Below, piece by piece: positions 27,547-36,016 of a stretch of DNA of 64,000 bases. This stretch comes from an uncultured Bacilli bacterium (GTDB taxonomy: Bacteria; Bacillota_I; Bacilli_A; RF39; UBA660), in contig CAKOPW010000003.1 in assembly GCA_934101115.1 (NCBI GenBank), positions 10,037 to 74,036 of the forward strand, written 5' to 3'. Below the pieces are notes generated by a model, which saw only the letters and a program-made list of their open reading frames with translations, did no database searches and was not told the DNA's origin. The stretch's first letter is position 1; the number at the start of each line of letters is the position of its first letter. The position numbers were made by a program, and so were the translations under genes.

Positions 27547-28146
27547 TTAATAACCTTTATATCTATCACAATTTCCAGATGTACATTTTAAATATAGATA
27601 TGCTCCTAATACTTTTCCATTCTCGTCTTGAACTTCCATACACCACGATCCATATATATCATTTACATCCATCATTAAATATTTCTCACTATTTTTTTGA
27701 CATTCGTCTAATGATGAAAAATCTATGTGTCCGTGATGAAATGAATAGTAATAAGAATTAGGATCAGGAACATCTATATAATGTTTTTTATCATCTGTTT
27801 GTTTTTTAGGTTCTTCTACTTTTACCTCTACTTCTTTTGTTTCATTATTAGAATTGATTGGTGTAGAAGTATTTTTATTATTTGTTGATGAATCTTTTGT
27901 TGAACTATTCTTTTTATTTGTATTAGATTCTTTAGAAGATTTAGAAGTATTATCACCTTCTCTTTCTTCTTTTGTTATTTCTGTTTTTTGTTCTTCTTCT
28001 GATGCATCAGTTTTTGTTTCTTCTTTAGTATTTATTTTTTCTTCTGTCTTCGTTTTTGGTGTTTCGGATTTGTGAGTAACTTTGATTATAATTGGTATTG
28101 ATATAATCATTAATAAAATAGCAAATAAAATTACTTTCTTTTTCAC
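27547..28146 (-). CDS. Membrane-anchored low-complexity protein with a conserved Cys-containing C-terminal domain
   Basis: 199 aa. N-terminal TM and a K/E/T/S-rich linker. The C-terminus ...CQKNSEKY...SWCMEVQDENGKVLGAYLYLKC is paralogous to the C-terminus of 54289..54894. Confidence 0.55.
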   Translation of the reverse strand: MKKKVILFAILLMIISIPIIIKVTHKSETPKTKTEEKINTKEETKTDASEEEQKTEITKEEREGDNTSKSSKESNTNKKNSSTKDSSTNNKNTSTPINSNNETKEVEVKVEEPKKQTDDKKHYIDVPDPNSYYYSFHHGHIDFSSLDECQKNSEKYLMMDVNDIYGSWCMEVQDENGKVLGAYLYLKCTSGNCDRYKGY

Positions 28147-28206
28147 TTTGTATCACTCCTTTGAATCATTTTTACATAAATTTAAATTAATTTAAAATGT
28201 GCGAAT

Positions 28207-28992
28207 TTATCTTTCATTATCACTTTTAACATTTAAAATGTCATCAAATAAGTCATCACCATATAAATCAGTTTCACTTTTCATATACTCCAACTTATTT
28301 AAATTACTTTTTAAAGCATTATTAAAATAACCAAATTTATTAGAAATTTCATTTCCATCTTCATCTCTAAATTTATTTAATTTGATTTTTGATGTAATGT
28401 AATGAATAGAAGTATAAATATCTTCAGAAGAATACTCTTGCATTATATTATTAAACAATTCATAGTAGTTTTTAATATCATTATCCTCAATCGTTATATA
28501 TCCAGACTTAATTAATTCATTTAAAAATCTAGAATTATTGACGTAAGTCGATTTATCATATTTATCATATTTTTTATTATTTAATTTATTAGTATTTAAT
28601 TGTTGCTGGTTATCCAACGTTGGATGATCCATAGCTGGAAAATCGGGTCCTGGATTATTTTTTTCTAAAATGTATTCCTGAGGAGTATCAAATACTTTAT
28701 ATTTATAAACGAATAACCCTTTAGAATTTTGTTCTTTCAATATATCAATATAACCAAATCTTTTCAATTCATTAATTGCTGATCTTACTGCTGACTTACT
28801 TTCTGAACATATCGAAACTAATCCATTAAATGAATAATCCCAATCAGGTGGTAAGCTATACATTTTGCATAACAACCCAACGGCTTTTAAAGATATTTTT
28901 TTATTTCGTAAAATAGAGTTATCTACAATCGTATAATTATTTTTTCTATTAATTTCAAATTCTTGTGCATTCAATTTATTGTCTTCTCTCAT
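28207..28992 (-). CDS. Winged-helix DNA-binding protein, possible replication initiator/organiser
   Basis: 261 aa; ...YTIVDNSILRNKKISLKAVGLLCKMYSLPPDWDYSFNGLVSICSESKSAVRSAINELKRFGYI.... It lies directly downstream of parAB. Confidence 0.4.
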   Translation of the reverse strand: MREDNKLNAQEFEINRKNNYTIVDNSILRNKKISLKAVGLLCKMYSLPPDWDYSFNGLVSICSESKSAVRSAINELKRFGYIDILKEQNSKGLFVYKYKVFDTPQEYILEKNNPGPDFPAMDHPTLDNQQQLNTNKLNNKKYDKYDKSTYVNNSRFLNELIKSGYITIEDNDIKNYYELFNNIMQEYSSEDIYTSIHYITSKIKLNKFRDEDGNEISNKFGYFNNALKSNLNKLEYMKSETDLYGDDLFDDILNVKSDNER

Positions 28993-29004
28993 AAAAAGAT
29001 TTAA

Positions 29005-29934
29005 TTATCGCTCTCTATCTCTATTTAAATGCCTACTATAATATTCAACTGCTTTTACAATAAAATCTTCCATATTATTTACTTTATAATTTTTAGGCAT
29101 CACTGATTTAATCTTATTTTCACTAATTTTAATTTTAGTTATTTGATTAGGCTTTTCTTCATTCATTAAATTTTCAATAAATTCCTCTGTTAACCCATTT
29201 AACTCACTCTCTTTTCTTAATTTTATTGCTTGTGCATGAGATGGAGTCGCATCAGAATATTCTATTGAATTAAAAAGCATTTCTTGTTCATCTTTAGATA
29301 AATATGATATTTCAACTGCTGGTCTCAATGCCATTGCTGGTTTTTCGTTCAAAACTGAATTATCTACCGTTTCTAAAAGTTCTGGTATTAATTCATTCAA
29401 ACGTAAATACCTTTGTACTTGTCTTCCACTTTCTGAATTTTCTTCACCTAGTATATCCCTTGTTCTAGCATTGTGGCCCAGTGGTCCACCTTTAATATTT
29501 TTTATTGCATTCATTTTCATTTTATAGGCTTTTGCTTTTTCACTTGGAAGAATGTTGGTTCTATGAAGATTTGAATCTACCATATATACTATTGCTTCTT
29601 CTTTTGTCATATCTCTAACTATACATGGTATAAAGTTATTACCTAATAATTCAGAAGCAAATTTTCTCCTATGTCCTGCAATTATTTCATATCTATTATT
29701 TTCTTTTTTTCTTACAATAATTGGTTCTAATACACCATTATCTTTTATACTTTCTTTTAACTTTGATAAATCTTCATTTTCTTGTACCTTAAATGGATGC
29801 TCTGGAAAATCATCTATTAAAGATAAATCAATTATTTCTACTTTTTCTTTCTTATCTTCATCTCTGTCTTCTTGAGTTGAAAAGAAATCATCTAACTTGA
29901 ATGTTGTTAGGTCTATGTTTTTCTTTTGTTCCAT
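29005..29934 (-). CDS. parB: ParB/Spo0J-family partition protein
   Basis: 309 aa; ...GVLEPIIVRKKENNRYEIIAGHRRKFASELLG.... Confidence 0.85.
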   Translation of the reverse strand: MEQKKNIDLTTFKLDDFFSTQEDRDEDKKEKVEIIDLSLIDDFPEHPFKVQENEDLSKLKESIKDNGVLEPIIVRKKENNRYEIIAGHRRKFASELLGNNFIPCIVRDMTKEEAIVYMVDSNLHRTNILPSEKAKAYKMKMNAIKNIKGGPLGHNARTRDILGEENSESGRQVQRYLRLNELIPELLETVDNSVLNEKPAMALRPAVEISYLSKDEQEMLFNSIEYSDATPSHAQAIKLRKESELNGLTEEFIENLMNEEKPNQITKIKISENKIKSVMPKNYKVNNMEDFIVKAVEYYSRHLNRDRER

Positions 29935-30715
29935 CTTTCAATACCTCCTTTGCAAAATTCTCATAAGCAAGTGCAACTTTACTATTTTTATCATATGAAA
30001 ATATACTTTGCCCCTGTGCTGTTGATTCAGCAATTTTTATTGCTCTTGGAATTTGTGTATCAAATATTTTAAATACCATTCCATAAGTGTCATTTAATTC
30101 TTGCCTAATATTCCTAGCTAATCTTGTTCTTTCATCAACTAAAGAAAGTAATATTCCTCCGACTTCTAAGTTAGGATTAATTTTCTTTCTGACTTTAATT
30201 ACTGTTTGTAATAAGTGTCCCATACCCTTAGTAGCTAAAAACTGACTCTGCACAGGAATTATAACTTTATCTGCACAAGCAAGAGCGTTAATTGTTATCA
30301 TTCCTAAACTTGGCATACAATCAATTAGTACATAATCATAATCTTTCTTTAAATCATGTAGGACATTTTTCATTGTATATTCTCTACTCATTGCATTTAC
30401 CAAACTTACTTCCAACGACGAAAGTTCTAGATTGGATGGAATTAAATCTACACCTTCACTATGATGAAGGATTGCTTCTTTTGGATTCACATCTTTATCA
30501 GTTATTGAATCTTGCATAAGTGTTGCTAAAGTAATTGGTATCTCATCTACATTATGCCATCCCATATAAGTTGTTAAATCTCCTTGTGGATCAGCATCTA
30601 CTAATAAGACTTTTTGTCCTTTTTTAGCAAGTGCTACTCCAAGGCTGAATGTAGAAGTTGTTTTTGCTGTTCCTCCTTTCTGATTAGAGATTGCTATAAT
30701 CTTACCTTCTTTCAT
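29888..30715 (-). CDS. parA: ParA/Soj-family ATPase
   Basis: MKEGKIIAISNQKGGTAKTTSTFSLGVALAKKGQKVLLVDADPQG. RBS aaggaggtg precedes this ATG. Confidence 0.85.
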   Translation of the reverse strand: MKEGKIIAISNQKGGTAKTTSTFSLGVALAKKGQKVLLVDADPQGDLTTYMGWHNVDEIPITLATLMQDSITDKDVNPKEAILHHSEGVDLIPSNLELSSLEVSLVNAMSREYTMKNVLHDLKKDYDYVLIDCMPSLGMITINALACADKVIIPVQSQFLATKGMGHLLQTVIKVRKKINPNLEVGGILLSLVDERTRLARNIRQELNDTYGMVFKIFDTQIPRAIKIAESTAQGQSIFSYDKNSKVALAYENFAKEVLKDGTKEKHRPNNIQVR

Positions 30716-30773
30716 CTGTTCACCTCCTTCTTTTTTAGCCATCTTAATAATGGCTATGTATCCCATTTGGGTA

Positions 30774-30809
30774 TAAAAAAAGAACTAAGTACAATTTGTA
30801 TTTAGTTCT
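30774..30809 (-). terminator. Rho-independent terminator
   Basis: A 14-bp stem (agaactaagtacaa / ttgtatttagttct, one G-U pair) is followed by U7 on the minus-strand RNA. Confidence 0.6.
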
Positions 30810-30820
30810 CTATAATATGT

Positions 30821-31147
30821 TTAAATTTTTGGATTTTTAAGTTGATAATAATTAAACTTGCACTTCTTCCAAATATCTTCTATCTCTTTCTCTATTTCTT
30901 CAAGTGTCATATTCTCAATCGAATATATTGTAGTTCTAACCCAAAATTTATCTTTTTGAGTTACTAATCTAAATTCATAATTATATTCATCACTTATTTC
31001 ATATTCATATACATCTATGAAATATTTTATACCTTTATCATCTTTTACCTTCTTTTGAAAAAATCTATTTGCATACTGTTCTACTACAGGAACTGATGCT
31101 TCCTTATAACCAGCATTAATTAAAACTTTTTCTGTCATCATTACCAC
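30821..31147 (-). CDS. Hypothetical protein
   Basis: 108-aa ORF overlapping the upstream gene end. Confidence 0.45.
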   Translation of the reverse strand: MVMMTEKVLINAGYKEASVPVVEQYANRFFQKKVKDDKGIKYFIDVYEYEISDEYNYEFRLVTQKDKFWVRTTIYSIENMTLEEIEKEIEDIWKKCKFNYYQLKNPKI

Positions 31148-31493
31148 CTACATTCTTATATTTTTCATAAATATCATCAATAGTTTTAATAGAACTACTA
31201 CAATCTTCGGGATAATTAGTTTTCCACCAATTGAACTTATTTTCTATTTTTTTTCTAACCTTTGAAGTATTTATATTAGAGTATTTTTCAATTCCTAACA
31301 AAACAGGTATAATAGAATTTCCACAAATACATACATCATAATTCACAACTTTCATAAATCCATATCCATTATTTTTATAAGAAATTTTATCTTTATAAGA
31401 TATATACAGATAATCATCTTTAAATAAATGATTAATCTCTAATGGTATATAATCTATATCAACTACATCAGCAGTTTTAACATAGCCAAACAT
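31116..31493 (-). CDS. Hypothetical protein, probably the 3' part of a frameshifted gene
   Basis: 125-aa ORF. Its frame stays open upstream to about 31585 without a start codon. Confidence 0.4.
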   Translation of the reverse strand: MFGYVKTADVVDIDYIPLEINHLFKDDYLYISYKDKISYKNNGYGFMKVVNYDVCICGNSIIPVLLGIEKYSNINTSKVRKKIENKFNWWKTNYPEDCSSSIKTIDDIYEKYKNVGGNDDRKSFN

Positions 31494-31549
31494 ATACCAA
31501 ATTACTCTACTGCGAATTTCTACATAACTTTCTGGTAAATCTTCTCTTT

Positions 31550-31666
31550 TTATTTTTGTTGGATATATTCCATGAGAAAAAGAAATTCATTATCAGTATC
31601 AACTGTTTCTCTGGTTTTTTTTCCAAACTTTCCTCTTGTATAAACATTTGAATTAATTTGCTTCAT
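31550..31666 (-). pseudogene. 5' part of the same frameshifted gene
   Basis: AGGTGA RBS plus ATG at 31666; MKQINSNVYTRGKFGKKTRETVDTDNEFLFLMEYIQQK*. One extra base in the T5 run (A5 at 31577-31581 on plus) would fuse it to 31116..31493. Confidence 0.4.
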
Positions 31667-31677
31667 TTTCTTATCAC

Positions 31678-32604
31678 CTACAATTCTCTAGGACAATGTG
31701 GTTTATAAAGAACATCTTTAAATCCATATACTTTTTTACATTCATGACATATTACTGCTATAGCATCAAATCCTTCAATTATTTCCCCATCACCTTTTTG
31801 AATAACTATATTTTTAGATTTGCACTTAGGACAAAATACTCCATCATCTTTAAATACTTCTTCTTTAGTACAAAAATCTCTAATTATTTCATATCCATTT
31901 AAATAATCATATTTAGGAGCAAATTCATCACTATTAAAAACTTTAACTCTTCCAAACATAAACTCAATTTTATCAATCTTTTTTTCTATATGATAGTGTC
32001 CACAATACCATTTATCATAATCAATTAATTCTTCAACAATATCTAAAAAATTTTCCATTGATTTATCAACTTTGGACTGATTTATAAATGGTAAAAAAGT
32101 TTCTTTAGGTTCATATTTTAAGGGACATGTATGTGACAAAATCACATCAACATGTTTACCACTATATTTTTTTAATATCATTTCTTTTTCCCTGTCAAAT
32201 AATTGCTCATCTTTAAACCACTGATATCCATTACATAATCTATAATCTTTATCTACTGAGTATGCACCACCTATAACAAGAACTTTTTTACCATCAAGTT
32301 CATAGCATTCTCCATTTTTTGCAAAAATAATATATGGGTACTTTTCTTCAATAAAAACTTTGCCATCAAACATTTCTACCTCTTTATAAGTTTTAATATT
32401 CTCTGGTCTTTCTTCATGATTACCTTGAATACAAAATAATTTTATTTTATATGAGCTTATAAATTCTTTTAATTTAGAGTCTTTATTATTTAAATAATAA
32501 TTAATTCCAGCATCACCTAAAATAATAATTATATCTTCATCTGTTTGTTTCAAATGACCTAATCTATAGAACTCTCCATGAGTATCACCTGTTATAAATA
32601 TCAT
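31678..32604 (-). CDS. Metallophosphoesterase with a C-terminal zinc ribbon
   Basis: 308 aa. Motifs GDTHG, GDAG, GNHE and GHYH, then CPKCKSK...CHECKK. Confidence 0.7.
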   Translation of the reverse strand: MIFITGDTHGEFYRLGHLKQTDEDIIIILGDAGINYYLNNKDSKLKEFISSYKIKLFCIQGNHEERPENIKTYKEVEMFDGKVFIEEKYPYIIFAKNGECYELDGKKVLVIGGAYSVDKDYRLCNGYQWFKDEQLFDREKEMILKKYSGKHVDVILSHTCPLKYEPKETFLPFINQSKVDKSMENFLDIVEELIDYDKWYCGHYHIEKKIDKIEFMFGRVKVFNSDEFAPKYDYLNGYEIIRDFCTKEEVFKDDGVFCPKCKSKNIVIQKGDGEIIEGFDAIAVICHECKKVYGFKDVLYKPHCPREL

Positions 32605-32713
32605 ACTTTTCCTCCTTCAATTACAATAACTAAATTTTAATATATTCTCTTAAATTATAAAAATATGCAAAATAAAAACCAGCCATTTTTTGACTAGTTC
32701 TAAAAACAAAGTA

Positions 32714-33901
32714 TTATTGTTCTATCAATTTTTTTAATTTGTTAATCTGTCTATTTAATAAGATACATAATTTATTAATTCTTCTATCCGTCATTTTAGT
32801 AATATGCTGATATTTATGCAATAAGCTATCGAATTCTTCAACTATGCCATCTAACTTAGATGCATCTATTCTCTTAATATCTTTTACTACTTTTATTATT
32901 TCATCAAATGGTTTAACTTCATAAAATAGACGACCATGTCCAGAAATAACAACTTCTTCATCATTGTAATCTTGAATATTTAAACTTTGTCCATTATCAA
33001 ATATTGGAGCCATATCTAACCATTCTAAAGTATTAACATCACGAATTATACCAAAATTATTTAAATGTCTATCTTCATTCATTATTAAGAAATCTAAGAT
33101 ATACATATTTTCTAATTTTTCACGAGCATCTTTAATACCTTTTCTTTCTAAAAGTTTAACATAATCTTCATAATCTTCTATACTATCATGTCTTTTCATA
33201 TCATTTCTTATCTGATATGCTGTAATAAGTTCTGTGTCTTTTGTTATAAAACAAGGACATTTAGAAACTACCATATCTTTATAAGTATCTATAGTATAAG
33301 TAACATGATTAAAACCTAATCTTTCACAAATCATTGATGCTAATACTTCATTAAAAGGTTGTAATATCTCATTTTTATAACCACCTTTTAGTAAATATCT
33401 TGTCTTATCTTCAATAATCCACGCTTTTTTTAGCATTCCATCTGTTGTATTATTTGGTGTCTTTAATGATTCACCGCTAGCTATAGTTTTGGTATTTAAA
33501 GATAAAGATGCTTCCATAAATTCAGTATAATCAAAATCATTGTCAAAGAAATTGATATCATCATATTTAATATCACTATCGTAAGGTTTTAACCAAAATT
33601 GATCAGATAAAGATAAACCAAAAGCTTTATCTAATAGTTCGCTAGGAGCAATTATATCTAATCGATGCAACAACAAGTCCAACTTATCTCGCCATGATGG
33701 AATTCCTCTTCCTTGAAACCATTTACTAAGATTAGTTCTAAATGGAGTATTATTAAAATCTTCCTTAGTATAAAAAGCTTTTAATATATAAGGTGCATAT
33801 TCAATATTATAAACATCATAAATTCTTGTAAATACGCCAACTCCAGAATCATACTCAGTTACTAGCACTTCCTTATCTTTATTCATAAGAATACATTTCA
33901 T
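32714..33901 (-). CDS. HipA-like kinase-domain protein
   Basis: 395 aa; ...DFLIMNEDRHLNNFGIIRD...APIFDNGQSL... is the HipA_C-type catalytic region. No HipB-like gene is adjacent. Confidence 0.55.
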   Translation of the reverse strand: MKCILMNKDKEVLVTEYDSGVGVFTRIYDVYNIEYAPYILKAFYTKEDFNNTPFRTNLSKWFQGRGIPSWRDKLDLLLHRLDIIAPSELLDKAFGLSLSDQFWLKPYDSDIKYDDINFFDNDFDYTEFMEASLSLNTKTIASGESLKTPNNTTDGMLKKAWIIEDKTRYLLKGGYKNEILQPFNEVLASMICERLGFNHVTYTIDTYKDMVVSKCPCFITKDTELITAYQIRNDMKRHDSIEDYEDYVKLLERKGIKDAREKLENMYILDFLIMNEDRHLNNFGIIRDVNTLEWLDMAPIFDNGQSLNIQDYNDEEVVISGHGRLFYEVKPFDEIIKVVKDIKRIDASKLDGIVEEFDSLLHKYQHITKMTDRRINKLCILLNRQINKLKKLIEQ

Positions 33902-34055
33902 TTGATAATCAGCTCCTTTCTCTCTATATAATATTATACCATTTTTATTGATATAAATAAATGAAATTACAGTGTTTTTCCTGTTAACTATAGTTCTTTA
34001 TTTATATATAAAAAGCCAGTTATTATATTAACTAGCATATCTTAATATCAATCAA

Positions 34056-34073
34056 GTGCCGAGGCAACGGCAC
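34056..34073. repeat. GC-rich hairpin at the extreme right end of ICE-1
   Basis: gtgccg aggcaa cggcac: a 6-bp GC-rich stem in very AT-rich DNA, 5 nt from the point where amidase homology stops. Confidence 0.6.
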
Positions 34074-34078
34074 ACAAG

Positions 34079-34316
34079 ACCTCCTGCATTTATGTGATTA
34101 GACACAACAATAACATTACTATCATTTCCAAAAGCATTCTTAATTCTATTGACTCTTTGAGTTGGACTCAATGTTTCATCTGTTTCCCTTGTAATATAAA
34201 CAGGAATCCCAAGTCTTTTTAACTCATCATACATTATTTTACTAATAGCTAAAGTCATATTTTTTTCAATTATATCATTTCCACTTGCACCGTTATCAGT
34301 ACCACCATGTGGAGGA
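34079..34316 (-). pseudogene. Internal fragment of an N-acetylmuramoyl-L-alanine amidase (Amidase_3) gene
   Basis: The minus strand reads ...PPHGGTDNGASGNDIIEKNMTLAISKIMYDELKRLGIPVYITRETDETLSPTQRVNRIKNAFGNDSNVIVVSNHINAGG, then unrelated LVCRCLGT*. It has neither a start nor a C-terminal half. Confidence 0.8.
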
Positions 34317-34335
34317 ATCGGAAAAATCCAAATAA
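34290..34335. other. Left junction (hybrid att site) of ICE-2
   Basis: Plus strand: taccacca TG tggaggaatcggaaaaatcc. The element-side arm is the inverted counterpart of 60571-60590. Confidence 0.7.
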
Positions 34336-34347
34336 ATTTAAAATTAA

Positions 34348-35952
34348 TTAAAAATCAAAATTCCATTGTATTTCTATACTTCTTGTTTTAGTTTCCTTAT
34401 TGTATTCTCCAATATAAATCTTATCAATAAATTCATCAACTACTACTTTATTTAATTCTTTAATATGTTTATATTTCTTTAAAAGATCATCCGCTTGCTT
34501 TTTTTCTTCTTTAACATTTTCTAAAGAAGTTAATTCATTTTCTATTATTTTTATTCTTTTAGTCATAGCTTCAATCTCTCTTAAATAATCACTAGACATC
34601 ATTGCAAACATATCACTAGTAATAACTCCTTTAACTTTATCTTCATAAAGATTTCGATAATAATCTCTATTATCATCAATTTTTCTGATAAGACTATTTT
34701 TTTCTTTTTCTAAAGTCTTTATTGCATTTTGATTATCCGAACTTCCCATTCTACTTTTTTCGTATAACTCTTTCAAGTTATTTTTATCATAATATTTTTC
34801 TAGTAAATCATTGATAGCGTTAAGTAATATTTTTTCTAACTCATCCATTCTAATTGCCTTATTATTTGTACATATACCAAATTTTTTATTTCCTTTACAT
34901 TGCATATATGCTCGTTTGCCGGTTTCTTCACTTTTAACTTTAAAAACGTTTCTCATAAAAGTTTTTCCACAACAGCTGCAATAAACTTTTCTAGTCAAAT
35001 AATGTACTTCACCAGTTTTAATAGGTTTATTATGTGTTCCTAATATCATTTGCACTTTATTCCATGTTTCTAAATCTATAATTGGTTCGTGTGAATTTAA
35101 AGTTCTAATCCACTCCTTTTCAGGTACTTTTTTAGGTTTATGATTTTTATAACTTACAAAAGTTGTTCTTCCTTGAACTAAATTACCAATATATACCTCG
35201 TTTTTTAACATTTGAGCAATTGTATCAGGTCTCCATTTAACTGTTTTTAAATCACATGTAGAACATACAAATTTACTACCCTTTTGTTTTTTATAAAGAG
35301 CTCTTGATGGAATATTATTATTATTTAGATACTCGCAAATTCTATAATAGCCATAACCATTTGCATACATTTCAAATATTTTTTTCACTACTTTAGATGC
35401 CACTGGATCTATAATCAACTTATGTCCATCTTCACTTCTATCATATCCGTAAGAAGCAAAACTTCCCATAAATAATCCATCTTCTCTTTTATTTTTTAAA
35501 GATTTTTTAATATTTTGTGACAAATCATCCAGATACCATTCATTAATAAGACCATTTATCTGGCGAGATTTTTTATTTGATTCAATACTTGTATCAGCAT
35601 TATCAACAATACTTACAAATCTAACTCCCCACTCTATAAACTTATTGTGCAAATATCTTTCGATAACTTCCATATCCCTTGAAAACCTTGATTGTGATTT
35701 ACATAAAACTAAATTAATTTTGCCGCTTTCACAATCTTTTATCAATCTTTCAAAATCCGGTCTATAAGTTCCTGCTCCCGAAAAATCATCATCAGAATAA
35801 ATATCAACAACATTCCACCCATTTTGGATAGCATATTTTAAACACATACTTCTTTGATTAACTATACTATTACTATCATCATCTTTATTTAATTTGTCTC
35901 TGTCTTCATCAGATAATCTACAATAAACACCTACCTTTTCTAACATAGCCAT
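34348..35952 (-). CDS. Large serine recombinase
   Basis: 534 aa. VGVYCRLSDEDRD (catalytic Ser region), a recombinase domain, a Zn ribbon (CSCCGKTF...C...C) and a C-terminal coiled coil. Confidence 0.9.
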   Translation of the reverse strand: MAMLEKVGVYCRLSDEDRDKLNKDDDSNSIVNQRSMCLKYAIQNGWNVVDIYSDDDFSGAGTYRPDFERLIKDCESGKINLVLCKSQSRFSRDMEVIERYLHNKFIEWGVRFVSIVDNADTSIESNKKSRQINGLINEWYLDDLSQNIKKSLKNKREDGLFMGSFASYGYDRSEDGHKLIIDPVASKVVKKIFEMYANGYGYYRICEYLNNNNIPSRALYKKQKGSKFVCSTCDLKTVKWRPDTIAQMLKNEVYIGNLVQGRTTFVSYKNHKPKKVPEKEWIRTLNSHEPIIDLETWNKVQMILGTHNKPIKTGEVHYLTRKVYCSCCGKTFMRNVFKVKSEETGKRAYMQCKGNKKFGICTNNKAIRMDELEKILLNAINDLLEKYYDKNNLKELYEKSRMGSSDNQNAIKTLEKEKNSLIRKIDDNRDYYRNLYEDKVKGVITSDMFAMMSSDYLREIEAMTKRIKIIENELTSLENVKEEKKQADDLLKKYKHIKELNKVVVDEFIDKIYIGEYNKETKTRSIEIQWNFDF

Positions 35953-36016
35953 TCCTCCAATATTTTGGAATAACTAAAAATGCTAAATTGCAATACACTT
36001 TTATTATAAATCATTT

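Larger units (their letters stand above)
7169..34078 (-). mobile_element. Conjugative element ICE-1 (backbone recalls the Tn1549 family); right end at about 34078, left end not defined in the window
   Basis: Co-oriented set: MobC, relaxase, PcfB, T4CP, Maff2-like, VirB6-like, ArdC, PrgI-like, VirB4 and a hydrolase, plus ParAB/Rep, SSB and an adhesin cassette. It abuts a truncated amidase fragment at 34079. Confidence 0.75.

Noticed and set aside
27547-28146. The low-complexity K/E/T/S-rich stretches (also 54289..54894, and the N-terminus of 7169..8773) as tandem DNA repeats or contingency loci.
   Set aside because: The nucleotide sequence is compositionally biased but not a precise tandem repeat. 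It is most simply a flexible linker in membrane-anchored proteins.
31613-31622. The A8/T8 homopolymer (31615-31622) as the frameshift or phase-variation site of the split gene.
   Set aside because: A length change there would put the reading frame through the in-frame TAA TGA just downstream. Only an indel after those stops (the T5 run) can fuse the two ORFs.
32714-33901. Calling the HipA-like gene a type II toxin of a hipBA pair.
   Set aside because: No HipB/XRE antitoxin gene is adjacent on either side, so toxin-antitoxin status is unsupported. It is reported only as a HipA-like kinase domain.
34052-34258. The 68-aa ORF as an intact small gene.
   Set aside because: Its sequence is the middle of an Amidase_3 domain. 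The frame continues upstream without a start (…HGGTDNGASGNDIIEKN) and the last 8 codons are junction-derived. It is a gene fragment.
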